From Clostridia bacterium (GTDB lineage: Bacteria; Bacillota; Clostridia; Christensenellales; CAG-314): a stretch of DNA of 64,000 nt. The notes beneath the pieces were generated by a model that was not told the DNA's origin, did not search any database, and was given only the letters and a program-made list of their open reading frames with translations. The stretch covers positions 118,411 through 182,410 of the forward strand of contig JAFTHP010000044.1 in NCBI GenBank assembly GCA_017457305.1. Direction: 5' to 3'. This document shows, piece after piece, positions 9,805 to 19,167 of the stretch; the stretch's first letter is position 1, and every line of letters starts with the position of its first letter. The translations under genes and the position numbers were made by a program.

Positions 9805-11640
9805 CTACTTCTTAATGATTGCCTTGAACTTGCAAGTAGACATACAGTTACCGCACTTAACGCACTTGTTGTGGTCAATTACAAGGTAAGGAAGTTTTTT
9901 GCCTGGCATGATTTCAGTTTGAGGAAGAATTGCATCAGCAGGACATGCACGAGCACACATCTTGCAGCCGATACACTTATCCTTGAGGATAGAGAAGTTA
10001 ACCAAAGATTTGCAAACGCCTGCAGGACAAACCTTGTCACGAACGTGAGCAATGTATTCTTCACGGAAGTACTTGAGTGTGGACAAAACTGGGTTAGGTG
10101 CAGATTGTCCAAGACCGCAAAGGGAGTTGTCCTTGATGTAGTAGCAAAGTTCTTCCATCTTGTCAAGGTCTTCCATTGTAGCCTTACCATCAGTAACTTT
10201 GCAAAGCAATTCGTACAAACGCTTTGTACCAATACGGCAAGCTGTGCACTTTCCGCAAGACTCGTCAACTGTAAATTCAAGGAAGAATTTAGCACTATCT
10301 ACCATGCAGTTGTCTTCGTCCATAACGATAAGTCCGCCAGAACCCATCATAGAACCAATAGCAAGTAGGCTTTCGTATTCAATTGGAGTGTCAATTAGGT
10401 GAGCTGGGATGCAGCCGCCGCTTGGACCACCAGTTTGAGCAGCCTTGAACTTTTTGCCGTTAGGAATACCGCCACCGATATCTTCTACAACTGTACGAAG
10501 TGGAGTTCCCATTGGGATTTCTACCAAACCTGTGTTGTTGATCTTTCCGCCAAGAGCAAATACCTTTGTACCTCTGCTGCGTTCTGTACACATTTGAGTA
10601 AACCAGTCGGCACCCTTGTTGATGATTTGTGCAACGTTAGCGTATGTTTCTACGTTGTTGAGAAGTGTTGGTTTTCCAAACAAACCTTTTACAGCTGGGA
10701 ATGGAGGACGTGGTCTTGGTTCACCACGGTTACCTTCGATGGATGTGATAAGAGCAGTTTCTTCACCACAAACGAAAGCGCCTGCGCCCAAACGAATTTC
10801 AATGTCAAATGCAAAACCGCTTTCAAGGATATTATCGCCAAGAAGACCGTATTCGCGAGCTTGGTCGATAGCAATTTGCAAACGGCTAACTGCGATTGGG
10901 TATTCTGCACGAACGTATACGTAACCTTGATGAGCACCAACAGCATAACCAGCAATGGTCATAGCTTCTACTAGAGCGTGTGGGTCACCTTCCAAGATGG
11001 AACGGTCCATGAACGCACCTGGGTCACCTTCGTCGGCATTACAAGCAACGTATTTAACGTCGCCTGGAGCGTCCTTAGTAAATTGCCATTTGCGACCAGT
11101 TGGGAATCCTGCGCCACCACGACCACGCAAGCCAGACTTGGTAATTACGTCGATAACTTCTTGTGGTTGCATTTCTGTAAGAACCTTGATAAGTGCTTGA
11201 TATCCGTCGTAAGCAATGTATTCGTCGATATTTTCTGGGTTGATAACACCGCAGTTACGCAAAGCTACACGTGTTTGCTTTTTGTAGAAGTTAGTGTCGG
11301 AAAGAGCCTTTACAGCTGCAGAATCAGTTTCTGTTTCCTTGTGGAGAAGTCTTTCTACAATACGACCTTTTACAAGGTGTTCGCTAACGATTTCTTCAAC
11401 GTCGGATACTTGAACTTTGCTGTAGAATGCGCCTTCTGGGTAGATGATAACTACTGGACCAACTGCGCACAAACCAAAACAACCTGTTCTAACAACTTGA
11501 ACGTCCTTTTCTAATCCTTGACTAACAATAAGGTTATTAAACTCTTTGATAATTTCTTCGCTGTGGTTACTGTGACAACCTGTACCACCGCATACCAATA
11601 CGTGACTTCTAAACATGTTTCTATTACTCCTCTGCGCCAA
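9805..11640 (-). CDS. hydB: Hydrogenase flavoprotein subunit HydB (NuoF-like, with FMN/NADH and Fe-S sites)
   Basis: 611 aa. Contains GRGGAGFPTGRKW, a NuoF-like core and C-terminal 2x[4Fe-4S] CxxCxxCxxxC motifs. Confidence 0.9.
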   Translation of the reverse strand: MAQRSNRNMFRSHVLVCGGTGCHSNHSEEIIKEFNNLIVSQGLEKDVQVVRTGCFGLCAVGPVVIIYPEGAFYSKVQVSDVEEIVSEHLVKGRIVERLLHKETETDSAAVKALSDTNFYKKQTRVALRNCGVINPENIDEYIAYDGYQALIKVLTEMQPQEVIDVITKSGLRGRGGAGFPTGRKWQFTKDAPGDVKYVACNADEGDPGAFMDRSILEGDPHALVEAMTIAGYAVGAHQGYVYVRAEYPIAVSRLQIAIDQAREYGLLGDNILESGFAFDIEIRLGAGAFVCGEETALITSIEGNRGEPRPRPPFPAVKGLFGKPTLLNNVETYANVAQIINKGADWFTQMCTERSRGTKVFALGGKINNTGLVEIPMGTPLRTVVEDIGGGIPNGKKFKAAQTGGPSGGCIPAHLIDTPIEYESLLAIGSMMGSGGLIVMDEDNCMVDSAKFFLEFTVDESCGKCTACRIGTKRLYELLCKVTDGKATMEDLDKMEELCYYIKDNSLCGLGQSAPNPVLSTLKYFREEYIAHVRDKVCPAGVCKSLVNFSILKDKCIGCKMCARACPADAILPQTEIMPGKKLPYLVIDHNKCVKCGNCMSTCKFKAIIKK

Positions 11641-11995
11641 TTAGATATTCTGTGCAAATGTTTCCGTTGACAATATGGTTGGCGATGATAACCTTAGCCT
11701 TGTCTGCATCTACGTGGCAATATGTAACCTTGTCTTGTCCTGGAACAAATACTTCCACGATAGGTTCTAGGCGGCACATTCCCAAGCAGCCAGAACGACT
11801 AACCTTTACATTGCGAAGTTGTCTTGTGGATACTTCGTCCATAAGTGTGTTGAACACTGGGCGAGCACCAGCAGAAATACCGCAAGTTGCCATTCCTACT
11901 ACAATGCGAATTTCATTCGATTGTTCTTTGTCGCGCACAACGATTTGTGCTTGCATTTTGTCTCTTATCGCCTTGATGTCGGCAATACTTTTCAT
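11624..11995 (-). CDS. Thioredoxin-like [2Fe-2S] ferredoxin
   Basis: 123 aa with Cys motifs (ATCGISAGA, SGCLGMC). Its end overlaps the hydB start by 17 nt. Confidence 0.7.
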   Translation of the reverse strand: MKSIADIKAIRDKMQAQIVVRDKEQSNEIRIVVGMATCGISAGARPVFNTLMDEVSTRQLRNVKVSRSGCLGMCRLEPIVEVFVPGQDKVTYCHVDADKAKVIIANHIVNGNICTEYLIGAEE

Positions 11996-12540
11996 ATTAC
12001 GTTACCTCCATTTATTGTCGTAATGTTTTCGTCAATCATTTGTTTTATAAACAACAGAATTTCCGGTTCATCCAACGGGATTCCATCCAACTGTTGCTTT
12101 ATTTCATCACTATCCAGCACAAAGGTTTGACCAAATGCTTGATAGGAAAAAATCAATCTTGTTTCGCCGATATCCGGCAGTAGCGTCATTATGCTTTCCC
12201 CCACGCTACCAAGGGGCGGTCTGTCAATGCTGTGCCTGCCAAAGCTTGCTTTGAGCGTTGTTCCCACATCAACTTGACTTGTTATTTCAAAGCTTCCGCC
12301 ACACTGTTCGGCGGCCATTTTTATCAGCGGTATTCCCATGCCCACCTTGCGTGTTGTACGCGTTGTGGTAAATGGATCGGTTACCTTGGCAAGAAACTCT
12401 GCCGACATACCGCAACCATTATCATCAATGGTAATGGTAACAAAGTCTTCGTCCACCGTCACGTCGATGGTTACCACCGTCGCTTTGGCTTTGAGACTGT
12501 TTTCTGCAATATCCAAAATATTTAGGGAAAGCTCTCTCAT
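11992..12540 (-). CDS. HATPase_c (GHKL) domain protein with no visible sensor or phospho-acceptor domain
   Basis: 182 aa. NILDIAENS (N-box-like), DDNGCGM, GMGIPL. Confidence 0.7.
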   Translation of the reverse strand: MRELSLNILDIAENSLKAKATVVTIDVTVDEDFVTITIDDNGCGMSAEFLAKVTDPFTTTRTTRKVGMGIPLIKMAAEQCGGSFEITSQVDVGTTLKASFGRHSIDRPPLGSVGESIMTLLPDIGETRLIFSYQAFGQTFVLDSDEIKQQLDGIPLDEPEILLFIKQMIDENITTINGGNVI

Positions 12541-12572
12541 TGCTTACTCCGCCTATTTGCTATTTTGTACTG

Positions 12573-13274
12573 TTAAAGGACCTTGCTTGACGCTTTTAAC
12601 GTTTCAATCAAGCACTCTGCACTGTTGTGTTGCAGTTCTATTGCTGCACCAGCCTTGCCTATATCCCCAAGGGTGTGAGCATCGCTGTTTACCACGTAGG
12701 AGTACTGACTGTAATGGCTACGGAACAGGCTTGTTGCGTGGGAAGAGTATTCCACCACGGCATATCCATCGGTAACACTACCAAGGATTTGCACCATACC
12801 GTTTTCCTCTCTGTCGATGTGCGCAGCTACTGCAACACCACCGTACCTATCACATAGCGCGGGCAACTCGTCTACAGAAACACCACTTGCTACCAAAAGC
12901 AACCTACTTTCCGTTGCGATAACGTTGTCGTCTTCGTCCATAATCAGCTGATTACCGAAGATTTCCGCATTGTTTTCCAACGGCAAAAATGGTATTTGCT
13001 TGTAGAACTCCTCCAAATCTTCAACAGTTTTGAACAAACACAGTACGTGCACGTCTTCGGCGGTTTGCAGTTCCATTGCTGGAACAACAGTAACGCCATA
13101 GGCATTGCCAATATCCACCGCAACTTGCACGTTGGCAATGGCATTGTGGTCGGCAATGGCAACCATATCCAGTCCGCTTAGTGCTGCCAAACCAACAATG
13201 TTGGCTGGTGTCATATCATCGTCAGCACAGGGTGACAGGGCGCTGTGCACGTGTAGGTCGTACTTAACCAGCAT
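12573..13274 (-). CDS. PHP-domain metal-dependent phosphoesterase
   Basis: YDLHVHSALSPCADDD start and later HID/SDAH motifs. I prefer the ATG at 13274 (AGGGTG RBS) over 13298. Confidence 0.75.
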   Translation of the reverse strand: MLVKYDLHVHSALSPCADDDMTPANIVGLAALSGLDMVAIADHNAIANVQVAVDIGNAYGVTVVPAMELQTAEDVHVLCLFKTVEDLEEFYKQIPFLPLENNAEIFGNQLIMDEDDNVIATESRLLLVASGVSVDELPALCDRYGGVAVAAHIDREENGMVQILGSVTDGYAVVEYSSHATSLFRSHYSQYSYVVNSDAHTLGDIGKAGAAIELQHNSAECLIETLKASSKVL

Positions 13275-13590
13275 TGTGCACCCTAACGATAGCTTCACTA
13301 ATTGTCAAAACGGTAGAAAGAATATTGATTCCTTGGGTTTTGGCACGTTCCAAAGTTAATTGGTCGGGGATGCAACCTTCGCACACCACAATAACAGAGC
13401 AATCGGTTAGCGTAGCAACAGCACAGATGTTAACGTTGGTCATAACGGTAAACCACACGCAGTTACTGGGAGCATTACCCATTACGTGACTTAGCAAATC
13501 GCCAGCATAAATGCGTTCCACTTCCCTATTGGGATCGGCCAGATTAAGCTCTTTTGCATTAAGTTTGTGTGCAAGAGTTTTTACTGTCAT
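13264..13590 (-). CDS. DRTGG-domain protein
   Basis: About 108 aa, MTVKTLAHKL...AGDLLSHVMG...VVCEG. Its ATG at 13590 overlaps the upstream stop (ATGA). Confidence 0.65.
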   Translation of the reverse strand: MTVKTLAHKLNAKELNLADPNREVERIYAGDLLSHVMGNAPSNCVWFTVMTNVNICAVATLTDCSVIVVCEGCIPDQLTLERAKTQGINILSTVLTISEAIVRVHNAG

Positions 13591-14834
13591 TTTGTATCCT
13601 TCCTGTCCTTTACAGGGCAGTTGATTGTTGATATACGGCCCATAACGTAGTCCTCGCAAAGGGCTCTACAGCTAGGAGCACCACACGCACCGCAGTCTAT
13701 TTGTGGAAGGTCATCCAATAAATGTTGAATTTCCAACAGCTTTGTAAAGGCTTCGTTTCTGTCTGCGGAGAAGGTTTGATGATCGTTTTCGATGTCCTTT
13801 TCCATAAAGAACCAATCAAGTGGCTTGTCTACGTCGGATAGCATTACGCCAACTTGTGGGAACTTGCGCCTTAGCTGTCTTAGGCGTGCGCGCGCTACAA
13901 ATGGATTTTCCACGTTGAGCACACCGCCAACACAACCGCTTGTGCATGCATTTAGTTCAATAAATTCCACATCCTGCAAACCGCCGTTTTCCAACGCTTC
14001 CAAAATACTGATAACGTTTTCGATGCCATCGGCAGCAAGATATTTTTCACAATTTGCAGCAGCGGCTTCGCCACCACTACTTGCCCATTGCAAACCAAGT
14101 ATTCCCATTTCCGAAAGGTTGTTGGAATCTTCAATATTGCTAAGCTCGGGCAGGAGCTTTTTGTAAACTTCGCTAACAGATATTGCTCCGTCAACATACT
14201 TTTCTTTTACAGACTTGTTTGCCTTGAGTGCGTAAACCTTGGCTGGACAAGGGGATATGAAGAACACACCAATGTCACTAGGATTAACACCACGCCTGAT
14301 AACCTTTTCCCTAGCTAGCTTTGCTGCAACGTCAACGGGTGCAAGCAACTGCAAAATGTTGGGTTTTAGGTTTTCAAAGCGTTCGTTGATCAGTTCCAAC
14401 ACAGCAGGGCAAGCTGTAGAGATGATGGGTTTGGGGAGTTTTCCCTTCAAAAGAAGCCTTTGTGTAGCTTGACTTACAAGTTCAGCACCAATGCCCACTT
14501 CAAAAACATAGTCAAAGCCAATGTTCTTGAGAGCTGTTAGGATGGTGTTAACATCCTTGACATTGTTAAATTGACCGTAAAAGCTGGGCGGCACAAGTGC
14601 CACCTTGTATTTGTATGGCGCCATAACTTCCCACTTGTCGTAGCTGGGTATCTTGGCGTTGGATTGACAAATACGCACACACTCGCCGCAACCGATACAC
14701 TTGTCGTAGATAACGCTGGCCTTGCCATCCTTTACACGGATAGCTTCGGTAGGACAACGTTTTACACAGCTAAAACAGCCAATGCACTTGTCCATATCGA
14801 GCGTTACGGTGTGTTGTTTTTTCAAGTCACTCAT
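13587..14834 (-). CDS. HydS-like putative sensory [FeFe]-hydrogenase homolog (2x[4Fe-4S] N-terminus, H-domain, C-terminal Cys-rich Fe-S domain)
   Basis: 415 aa. H-cluster-like motifs ISTACPAV, ISPCPAK and ELNACTSGCVGG. C-terminal DCGACGAPSCRALCEDY...NCP. Confidence 0.75.
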   Translation of the reverse strand: MSDLKKQHTVTLDMDKCIGCFSCVKRCPTEAIRVKDGKASVIYDKCIGCGECVRICQSNAKIPSYDKWEVMAPYKYKVALVPPSFYGQFNNVKDVNTILTALKNIGFDYVFEVGIGAELVSQATQRLLLKGKLPKPIISTACPAVLELINERFENLKPNILQLLAPVDVAAKLAREKVIRRGVNPSDIGVFFISPCPAKVYALKANKSVKEKYVDGAISVSEVYKKLLPELSNIEDSNNLSEMGILGLQWASSGGEAAAANCEKYLAADGIENVISILEALENGGLQDVEFIELNACTSGCVGGVLNVENPFVARARLRQLRRKFPQVGVMLSDVDKPLDWFFMEKDIENDHQTFSADRNEAFTKLLEIQHLLDDLPQIDCGACGAPSCRALCEDYVMGRISTINCPVKDRKDTK

Positions 14835-14882
14835 AATAGCATCCTTTGATTGCTTTTCAACCAGAGATTGTTAACAGAGTCG

Positions 14883-15305
14883 TTAACTAAAATTTACAAC
14901 CAATGTAATTGTAGTACCAACACCGACTGTACTTTCAACGTACATTTCGTCAGTGTATTTTTTCATATTGTGTAGTCCCATACCTGCGCCAAAACCAAGG
15001 TCACGGATACTATCCGTTGCTGTAGAAAAGCCGGGTGTCATTGCCTTGTCGATGTCGGCAATACCAGGGCCTGTATCCACAAGCTTGACTACGATTTTGT
15101 CCACAAATATATCCACCAAAGCCTTTCCGCCATTGGCGTGGATTACCATGTTTATTTCCGCTTCGTACATTGCAATGGCAATACGACGTATGTCAGCTGG
15201 GTTGATACCCATGCCTTTTAGACAGAACTTTACCTTTTCGGTGGCTTGACCAGCGGAAACAAAGTTGTTGCCTTCTACTTCGTATTCCAAGTGTAGGCTA
15301 CTCAT
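14883..15305 (-). CDS. RsbW/SpoIIAB-like anti-sigma-type Ser/Thr kinase (HATPase_c only)
   Basis: 140 aa. EAEINMVIHANGG, DTGPGI, GFGAGMGL. Confidence 0.7.
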   Translation of the reverse strand: MSSLHLEYEVEGNNFVSAGQATEKVKFCLKGMGINPADIRRIAIAMYEAEINMVIHANGGKALVDIFVDKIVVKLVDTGPGIADIDKAMTPGFSTATDSIRDLGFGAGMGLHNMKKYTDEMYVESTVGVGTTITLVVNFS

Positions 15306-15307
15306 AA

Positions 15308-15652
15308 CTAACTACCTGGGTGCAAACCTGCTTCGTACAGCTTTCCGCAGGCAGAGAACATACGTTCCTGTGTAGTAAGCATTACCATACCCTTGCCCTT
15401 TGCAAGAGCGATTGCGTCCTCGGTAGGACGCTTACCGCGAACGAACACGATGCAAATCATGTCCATCATTTCGGCGGTGCGAACAACCTGTGGATTGCAC
15501 AAGCCGGTAATTAGCACAGCTTGGTCCTTTACGTATGCAAGCACGTCGCTCATCATATCGCTACCGCAGGCTGTGTGAACTTCCTTATCCTTGTGTTCTT
15601 CGCAGCAGATAAATTCCGCTTCCAAAATTTCGGCTATTTGTTTGATTGTCAT
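15308..15652 (-). CDS. DRTGG-domain protein (second copy)
   Basis: MTIKQIAEIL... with a GGAGG RBS 7 nt upstream of the ATG at 15652. The TTG at 15667 lies within that RBS. Confidence 0.65.
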   Translation of the reverse strand: MTIKQIAEILEAEFICCEEHKDKEVHTACGSDMMSDVLAYVKDQAVLITGLCNPQVVRTAEMMDMICIVFVRGKRPTEDAIALAKGKGMVMLTTQERMFSACGKLYEAGLHPGS

Positions 15653-15688
15653 AACAACCCTCCACAAAAAGTTAGATAGCTAGCCGTA

Positions 15689-16177
15689 TTATTCGTACTT
15701 TGCCAAGATTCCAGCAAGGTCATCTGGACCGATCTTGCCGTATACGTCATCATTGATTGTAACAACTGGTGCCAAACCACAGCAACCTACGCAACGTGTT
15801 GCATCAAGACTGAATTTGCGGTCTGCAGTGCATTCGCCACTTTCGATTCCAAGAAGACTCTTGAGCTTTTCGTACAAGTCACCACTTCCCTTAACGTAGC
15901 ATGCTGTACCAAGGCAAACACCAATACGGTATTTTCCCTTGGGGAACAATGAAAACTGACTGTAAAATGTAACAACGCCGTAAACTTCTGCAAGTGTAGT
16001 GCCAAGTTCTTCTGCAACGATCATTTGTACTTCGTATGGAAGATATCCGTACAATTCTTGAGCATATTGCAATGCTGGCATAAGAGCTCCACCGTGTTGT
16101 TTGAGCTCAGCAAGTTTAGCGCGTAGTTGTTGTTCTTGTTCTTTGGTGCCTTCAAATGGCAAAGTAGAACCTTTCAT
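15689..16177 (-). CDS. hydC: Hydrogenase [2Fe-2S] subunit HydC (NuoE-like)
   Basis: 162 aa. CLGTACYVKG...CVGCCGLAP pattern of NuoE-type 2Fe-2S. GGAGG RBS. Confidence 0.85.
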   Translation of the reverse strand: MKGSTLPFEGTKEQEQQLRAKLAELKQHGGALMPALQYAQELYGYLPYEVQMIVAEELGTTLAEVYGVVTFYSQFSLFPKGKYRIGVCLGTACYVKGSGDLYEKLKSLLGIESGECTADRKFSLDATRCVGCCGLAPVVTINDDVYGKIGPDDLAGILAKYE

Positions 16178-16229
16178 CTATGAAACCTCCAAAAAAGATG
16201 ATTAATTTGTCTAATCGATATTTGTGACA

Positions 16230-16245
16230 ATGTCCGCGCGGACAT
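16230..16245. promoter_or_regulatory. Perfect 16-bp palindrome at the predicted transcription start of the hyd operon (operator or 5' stem-loop)
   Basis: ATGTCCGCGCGGACAT, about 10 nt downstream of the -10 box. Preceded by a TTGTGA half-site. Confidence 0.5.
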
Positions 16246-16254
16246 ATCTCAAAT

Positions 16255-16284
16255 ATTATACCATATTGGCAAAATATGCGACAA
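16255..16284 (-). promoter_or_regulatory. Extended -10 promoter of the hyd operon
   Basis: Minus strand reads TTGTCG, 18-nt spacer, TGGTATAAT. Confidence 0.55.
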
Positions 16285-16592
16285 GTACATTTGTCGAAAA
16301 ATGCCCCGATATTCTATACATAAAACTTATGCGCCCATAAATAAAATTTATCAAAATTGAATATCAAAGATATTCCCCAGTAAAAAATACTGTATTTTTG
16401 CAAAAAAACGTGCGTTTTTCAACAATTAACAGTTATCCAACAGTAATCAAAATATGCAATTATCAAGGTCAAAAAATGGCGAAAAACTAAGTAAGTAACA
16501 ACAAAAATGACAGTATTTTTTTGCTAAATCGTAAGCGAAATATCGCACCCAAAAGTCATATGCAAAGGGGTTATTACAAGCCAAATTTTAGC

Positions 16593-16629
16593 AAAAAAAA
16601 TACCGCCCTGGAACTAATCCAAAGCGGTA
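16593..16629 (-). terminator. Rho-independent terminator after the ABC transporter operon
   Basis: Minus strand ACCGCTTTGGA-ttagt-TCCAGGGCGGT (11 bp including 2 G-U pairs) followed by T8. Confidence 0.8.
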
Positions 16630-16682
16630 AATAATTGTTTGATTTTTACAAAAAAAACAATTGTAATAGTTGTGTCAAAATA

Positions 16683-17372
16683 CTACAAACTTTCTTCCAA
16701 AGTTTTGCGCAAAGCTACCATTTGTTGGCTATACAAATCCCTATGTTTTCGGTCCGTTTCAATATCGGCAACCTTGGTAATGGTAACTGGTTTTCCACTC
16801 ATCAAATACACACAGTCACCTAGCGCAAGAGCTTCTTCCACACTGTGTGTAACAAACAAAACTGTGCGCTTGCTTTTTGACAGAAAATTGTCAAAAGTGT
16901 CATACAAACGACGTTTAATGCCCAAATCTAGACTCTTAAAGGGCTCATCCATTACCAAAACATCACTTTCGTAGGCAAATGCTCTTGCCAACGCAACACG
17001 TTGTTGCTCACCGCCAGACAAGGTCGTAGCCCTTTGTTTTGCCTTGGGTGCAATCTCCGCCAAGGTCAAATATTCTTGGATAATTTGCTTTCTTTGTTCT
17101 TTGTTTGTTTTGCTAGCTAACACCAATCCAACGTTATCCCACACCGAAATAGGAGATAATCTTGGTTCCTGAAATACGTAGGAAATTTTGCCAGAAATTA
17201 CCTTTCCTTTGAAGGGAACAATACCGGCTAAAACGTTTAACAAAGTTGTTTTTCCGCAACCAGAAGTGCCCAAAATTACGTGCACTTTTCCTTGTTCAAA
17301 ATTGTAACTAAAATCGTTGTACAAAGGGGTGGTATCAAATTGCACAAAGATGTTTTCAAACTTCACACTCAT
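16683..17372 (-). CDS. ABC transporter ATP-binding protein (nitrate/sulfonate/taurine NitT-type)
   Basis: Walker A GTSGCGKTT, signature LSGGEQQR, Walker B LVMDEP. Confidence 0.85.
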   Translation of the reverse strand: MSVKFENIFVQFDTTPLYNDFSYNFEQGKVHVILGTSGCGKTTLLNVLAGIVPFKGKVISGKISYVFQEPRLSPISVWDNVGLVLASKTNKEQRKQIIQEYLTLAEIAPKAKQRATTLSGGEQQRVALARAFAYESDVLVMDEPFKSLDLGIKRRLYDTFDNFLSKSKRTVLFVTHSVEEALALGDCVYLMSGKPVTITKVADIETDRKHRDLYSQQMVALRKTLEESL

Positions 17373-18130
17373 TGCTCGTTACCCCCTTTTACCTTGGAAA
17401 TAATCTTGCCAATGCCCCAAACGGAAGCTTCCAACAAATAACAAATAACAAGTGCAACGATGGTCCAAGCAAATAGCATTGCCATGTCGTAGGCGTTTTT
17501 TGCAATGAACATATCACGACCAATGCCTTCCATTGGCAAAGCAAGCGCTTCCCCTGCTACGGCAATCTTGATGCACAAGGGCAACGTTGCTCTACTTTGC
17601 TGATAAATTGGCTTGGATAAAAGTGGCAAAAATACATATCTAATTCGAGCCATTTTGCCCACTTCAAAAACGTCGCACATTTGGTTTAGCTGTTGACCAT
17701 TGTTGATGGCACTGTCAAATGCCTCGTAGATTACAGGAAAAGCAACTAGCGAAGCGACAATGATACTAATTGTATTGCTGTGAAAAACCACCAAGCACAA
17801 GAAGATGATGGAAATAGTTGGCATTGCACGCATCAACGTTACAACCACCGAAACTGGCTTGCGAACGTTGAACAGGTTGATAACCACCGCCAACACAAAG
17901 GCCACTACTAACGAAATGGCAAATGCCACCACCGCGCGCCACAAGGTAGCAAACACACTACTGTAAAAACTGCCCTTGCCAAGCAAGGTACCTAACTCCG
18001 CCAATACCATGGTTGGGGTTGGCAACAAAAAGGTGTTGTTTACAAGCAGGGATGCTATCAGCCAAATGACAAACAAACTGACCACCATTGCCACAACAAA
18101 TATTAAGTTTTGCGTCAAAGATTTTTTCAT
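17369..18130 (-). CDS. ABC transporter permease (NitT/TauT-type)
   Basis: 253 aa, about 6 TM helices. 4-nt overlap with the ATPase gene. Confidence 0.8.
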   Translation of the reverse strand: MKKSLTQNLIFVVAMVVSLFVIWLIASLLVNNTFLLPTPTMVLAELGTLLGKGSFYSSVFATLWRAVVAFAISLVVAFVLAVVINLFNVRKPVSVVVTLMRAMPTISIIFLCLVVFHSNTISIIVASLVAFPVIYEAFDSAINNGQQLNQMCDVFEVGKMARIRYVFLPLLSKPIYQQSRATLPLCIKIAVAGEALALPMEGIGRDMFIAKNAYDMAMLFAWTIVALVICYLLEASVWGIGKIISKVKGGNEQ

Positions 18131-18183
18131 ACGGTTTTGCCTTTACGTTGTTAACTTGTCAGTTCAAAAGAACTGTGGATTGT

Positions 18184-19167
18184 TTATTCAAAATAGAACG
18201 CACCGTCAGGAAGATTGTTTGCTGGCTTGGAGCTGTTTTCTACAAAGCCAAATTCCTTGAGATATGTTTCGATATCTTGTTTGAGAGTGTTTGCACGAAT
18301 ATAGTTAACGTTGCAACGAGCAAGAAGATCAGCTGTGTAGTTAACTGTCAATGTGCTGCCATGCTCTGTCATTAAAGCTGTAAGTGTACTAGCATTTTCT
18401 GTTAGGAAGGTGCTGTTAGCACTCAATGCCTTGTCCAAAGCTGACACAAATGGTTTGTCGGCAAGCAAGTCTTTTTTTACAATGATGCAAGCTTGAGGGT
18501 AGCCAACGGTATCTGTTCCAATAGCTTCGGACCAAAGTTGTTGTAGGTCAAAAAGATTGTGTACAGTAATTCCCTTGGTGGATGCCTTTTGGATTAGGTT
18601 TGTAACGGCAGGCTCGCCAAGTACAGCAAAGTTAGCTTTGCCTGCCAAAAATTGTGGGATGATAGCTGTTGCATCTGTTTGGTAAACAATATCTACGCCA
18701 TCTTGTCCAACCGTTATACCTTTGTGGGAAAGAACTCTTTTGAACACATATTCTGGAGTATTTCCTAGTCCAATACTTTGAATTGTTTTGCCATTTAGTT
18801 GAGCAATATCTGTTAGTTGTTCCGTTCCTACAACGTACAGTACGCCAAATACGTTTACGCTGAACATAAGGTATTCGCCACCGGTAACGTTGTAAACCTT
18901 TGCTGCTGCGTTAGTTGGCAAAACAGCAATATCTGCTTGTTTACTCATAGCCTTGGCAACAACGTCTTCACCAGTTGTAATTACTGTTGTAGCAGTTGTA
19001 TCGCCAATTTTTCCGTCGCTAACTATCTTTGCAATCGCCAAGCTTGGTGCGCCATCGGGAGCGTAAATTGTAACGCTTTCCACTTCTGTTTTTTGACAGC
19101 CAACCAATGCAACCATTGCTATACAAGCCAATACTGCTACTAGTGCTAATGCAAAAATCTTTTTCAT
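18184..19167 (-). CDS. Substrate-binding lipoprotein, NMT1/THI5-like ABC family
   Basis: Signal peptide with lipobox LVGC. 327 aa periplasmic-binding-protein-like sequence. Confidence 0.7.
   Translation of the reverse strand: MKKIFALALVAVLACIAMVALVGCQKTEVESVTIYAPDGAPSLAIAKIVSDGKIGDTTATTVITTGEDVVAKAMSKQADIAVLPTNAAAKVYNVTGGEYLMFSVNVFGVLYVVGTEQLTDIAQLNGKTIQSIGLGNTPEYVFKRVLSHKGITVGQDGVDIVYQTDATAIIPQFLAGKANFAVLGEPAVTNLIQKASTKGITVHNLFDLQQLWSEAIGTDTVGYPQACIIVKKDLLADKPFVSALDKALSANSTFLTENASTLTALMTEHGSTLTVNYTADLLARCNVNYIRANTLKQDIETYLKEFGFVENSSKPANNLPDGAFYFE

Noticed and set aside
8343-11514. Numerous 60-200-aa plus-strand ORFs inside hydA/hydB, and similar antisense ORFs inside glyQS, tex, trkA, hppA, the giant gene and the nuclease gene
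   Set aside because: All lie antisense or out of frame within long, motif-supported genes. They lack RBSs and give low-complexity translations.
16221-16250. Possible Rex operator at the hyd promoter
   Set aside because: Only one TTGTGA half-site is present, and the expected TCACAA partner at the proper spacing is missing. It is reported as a generic palindrome or operator candidate instead.
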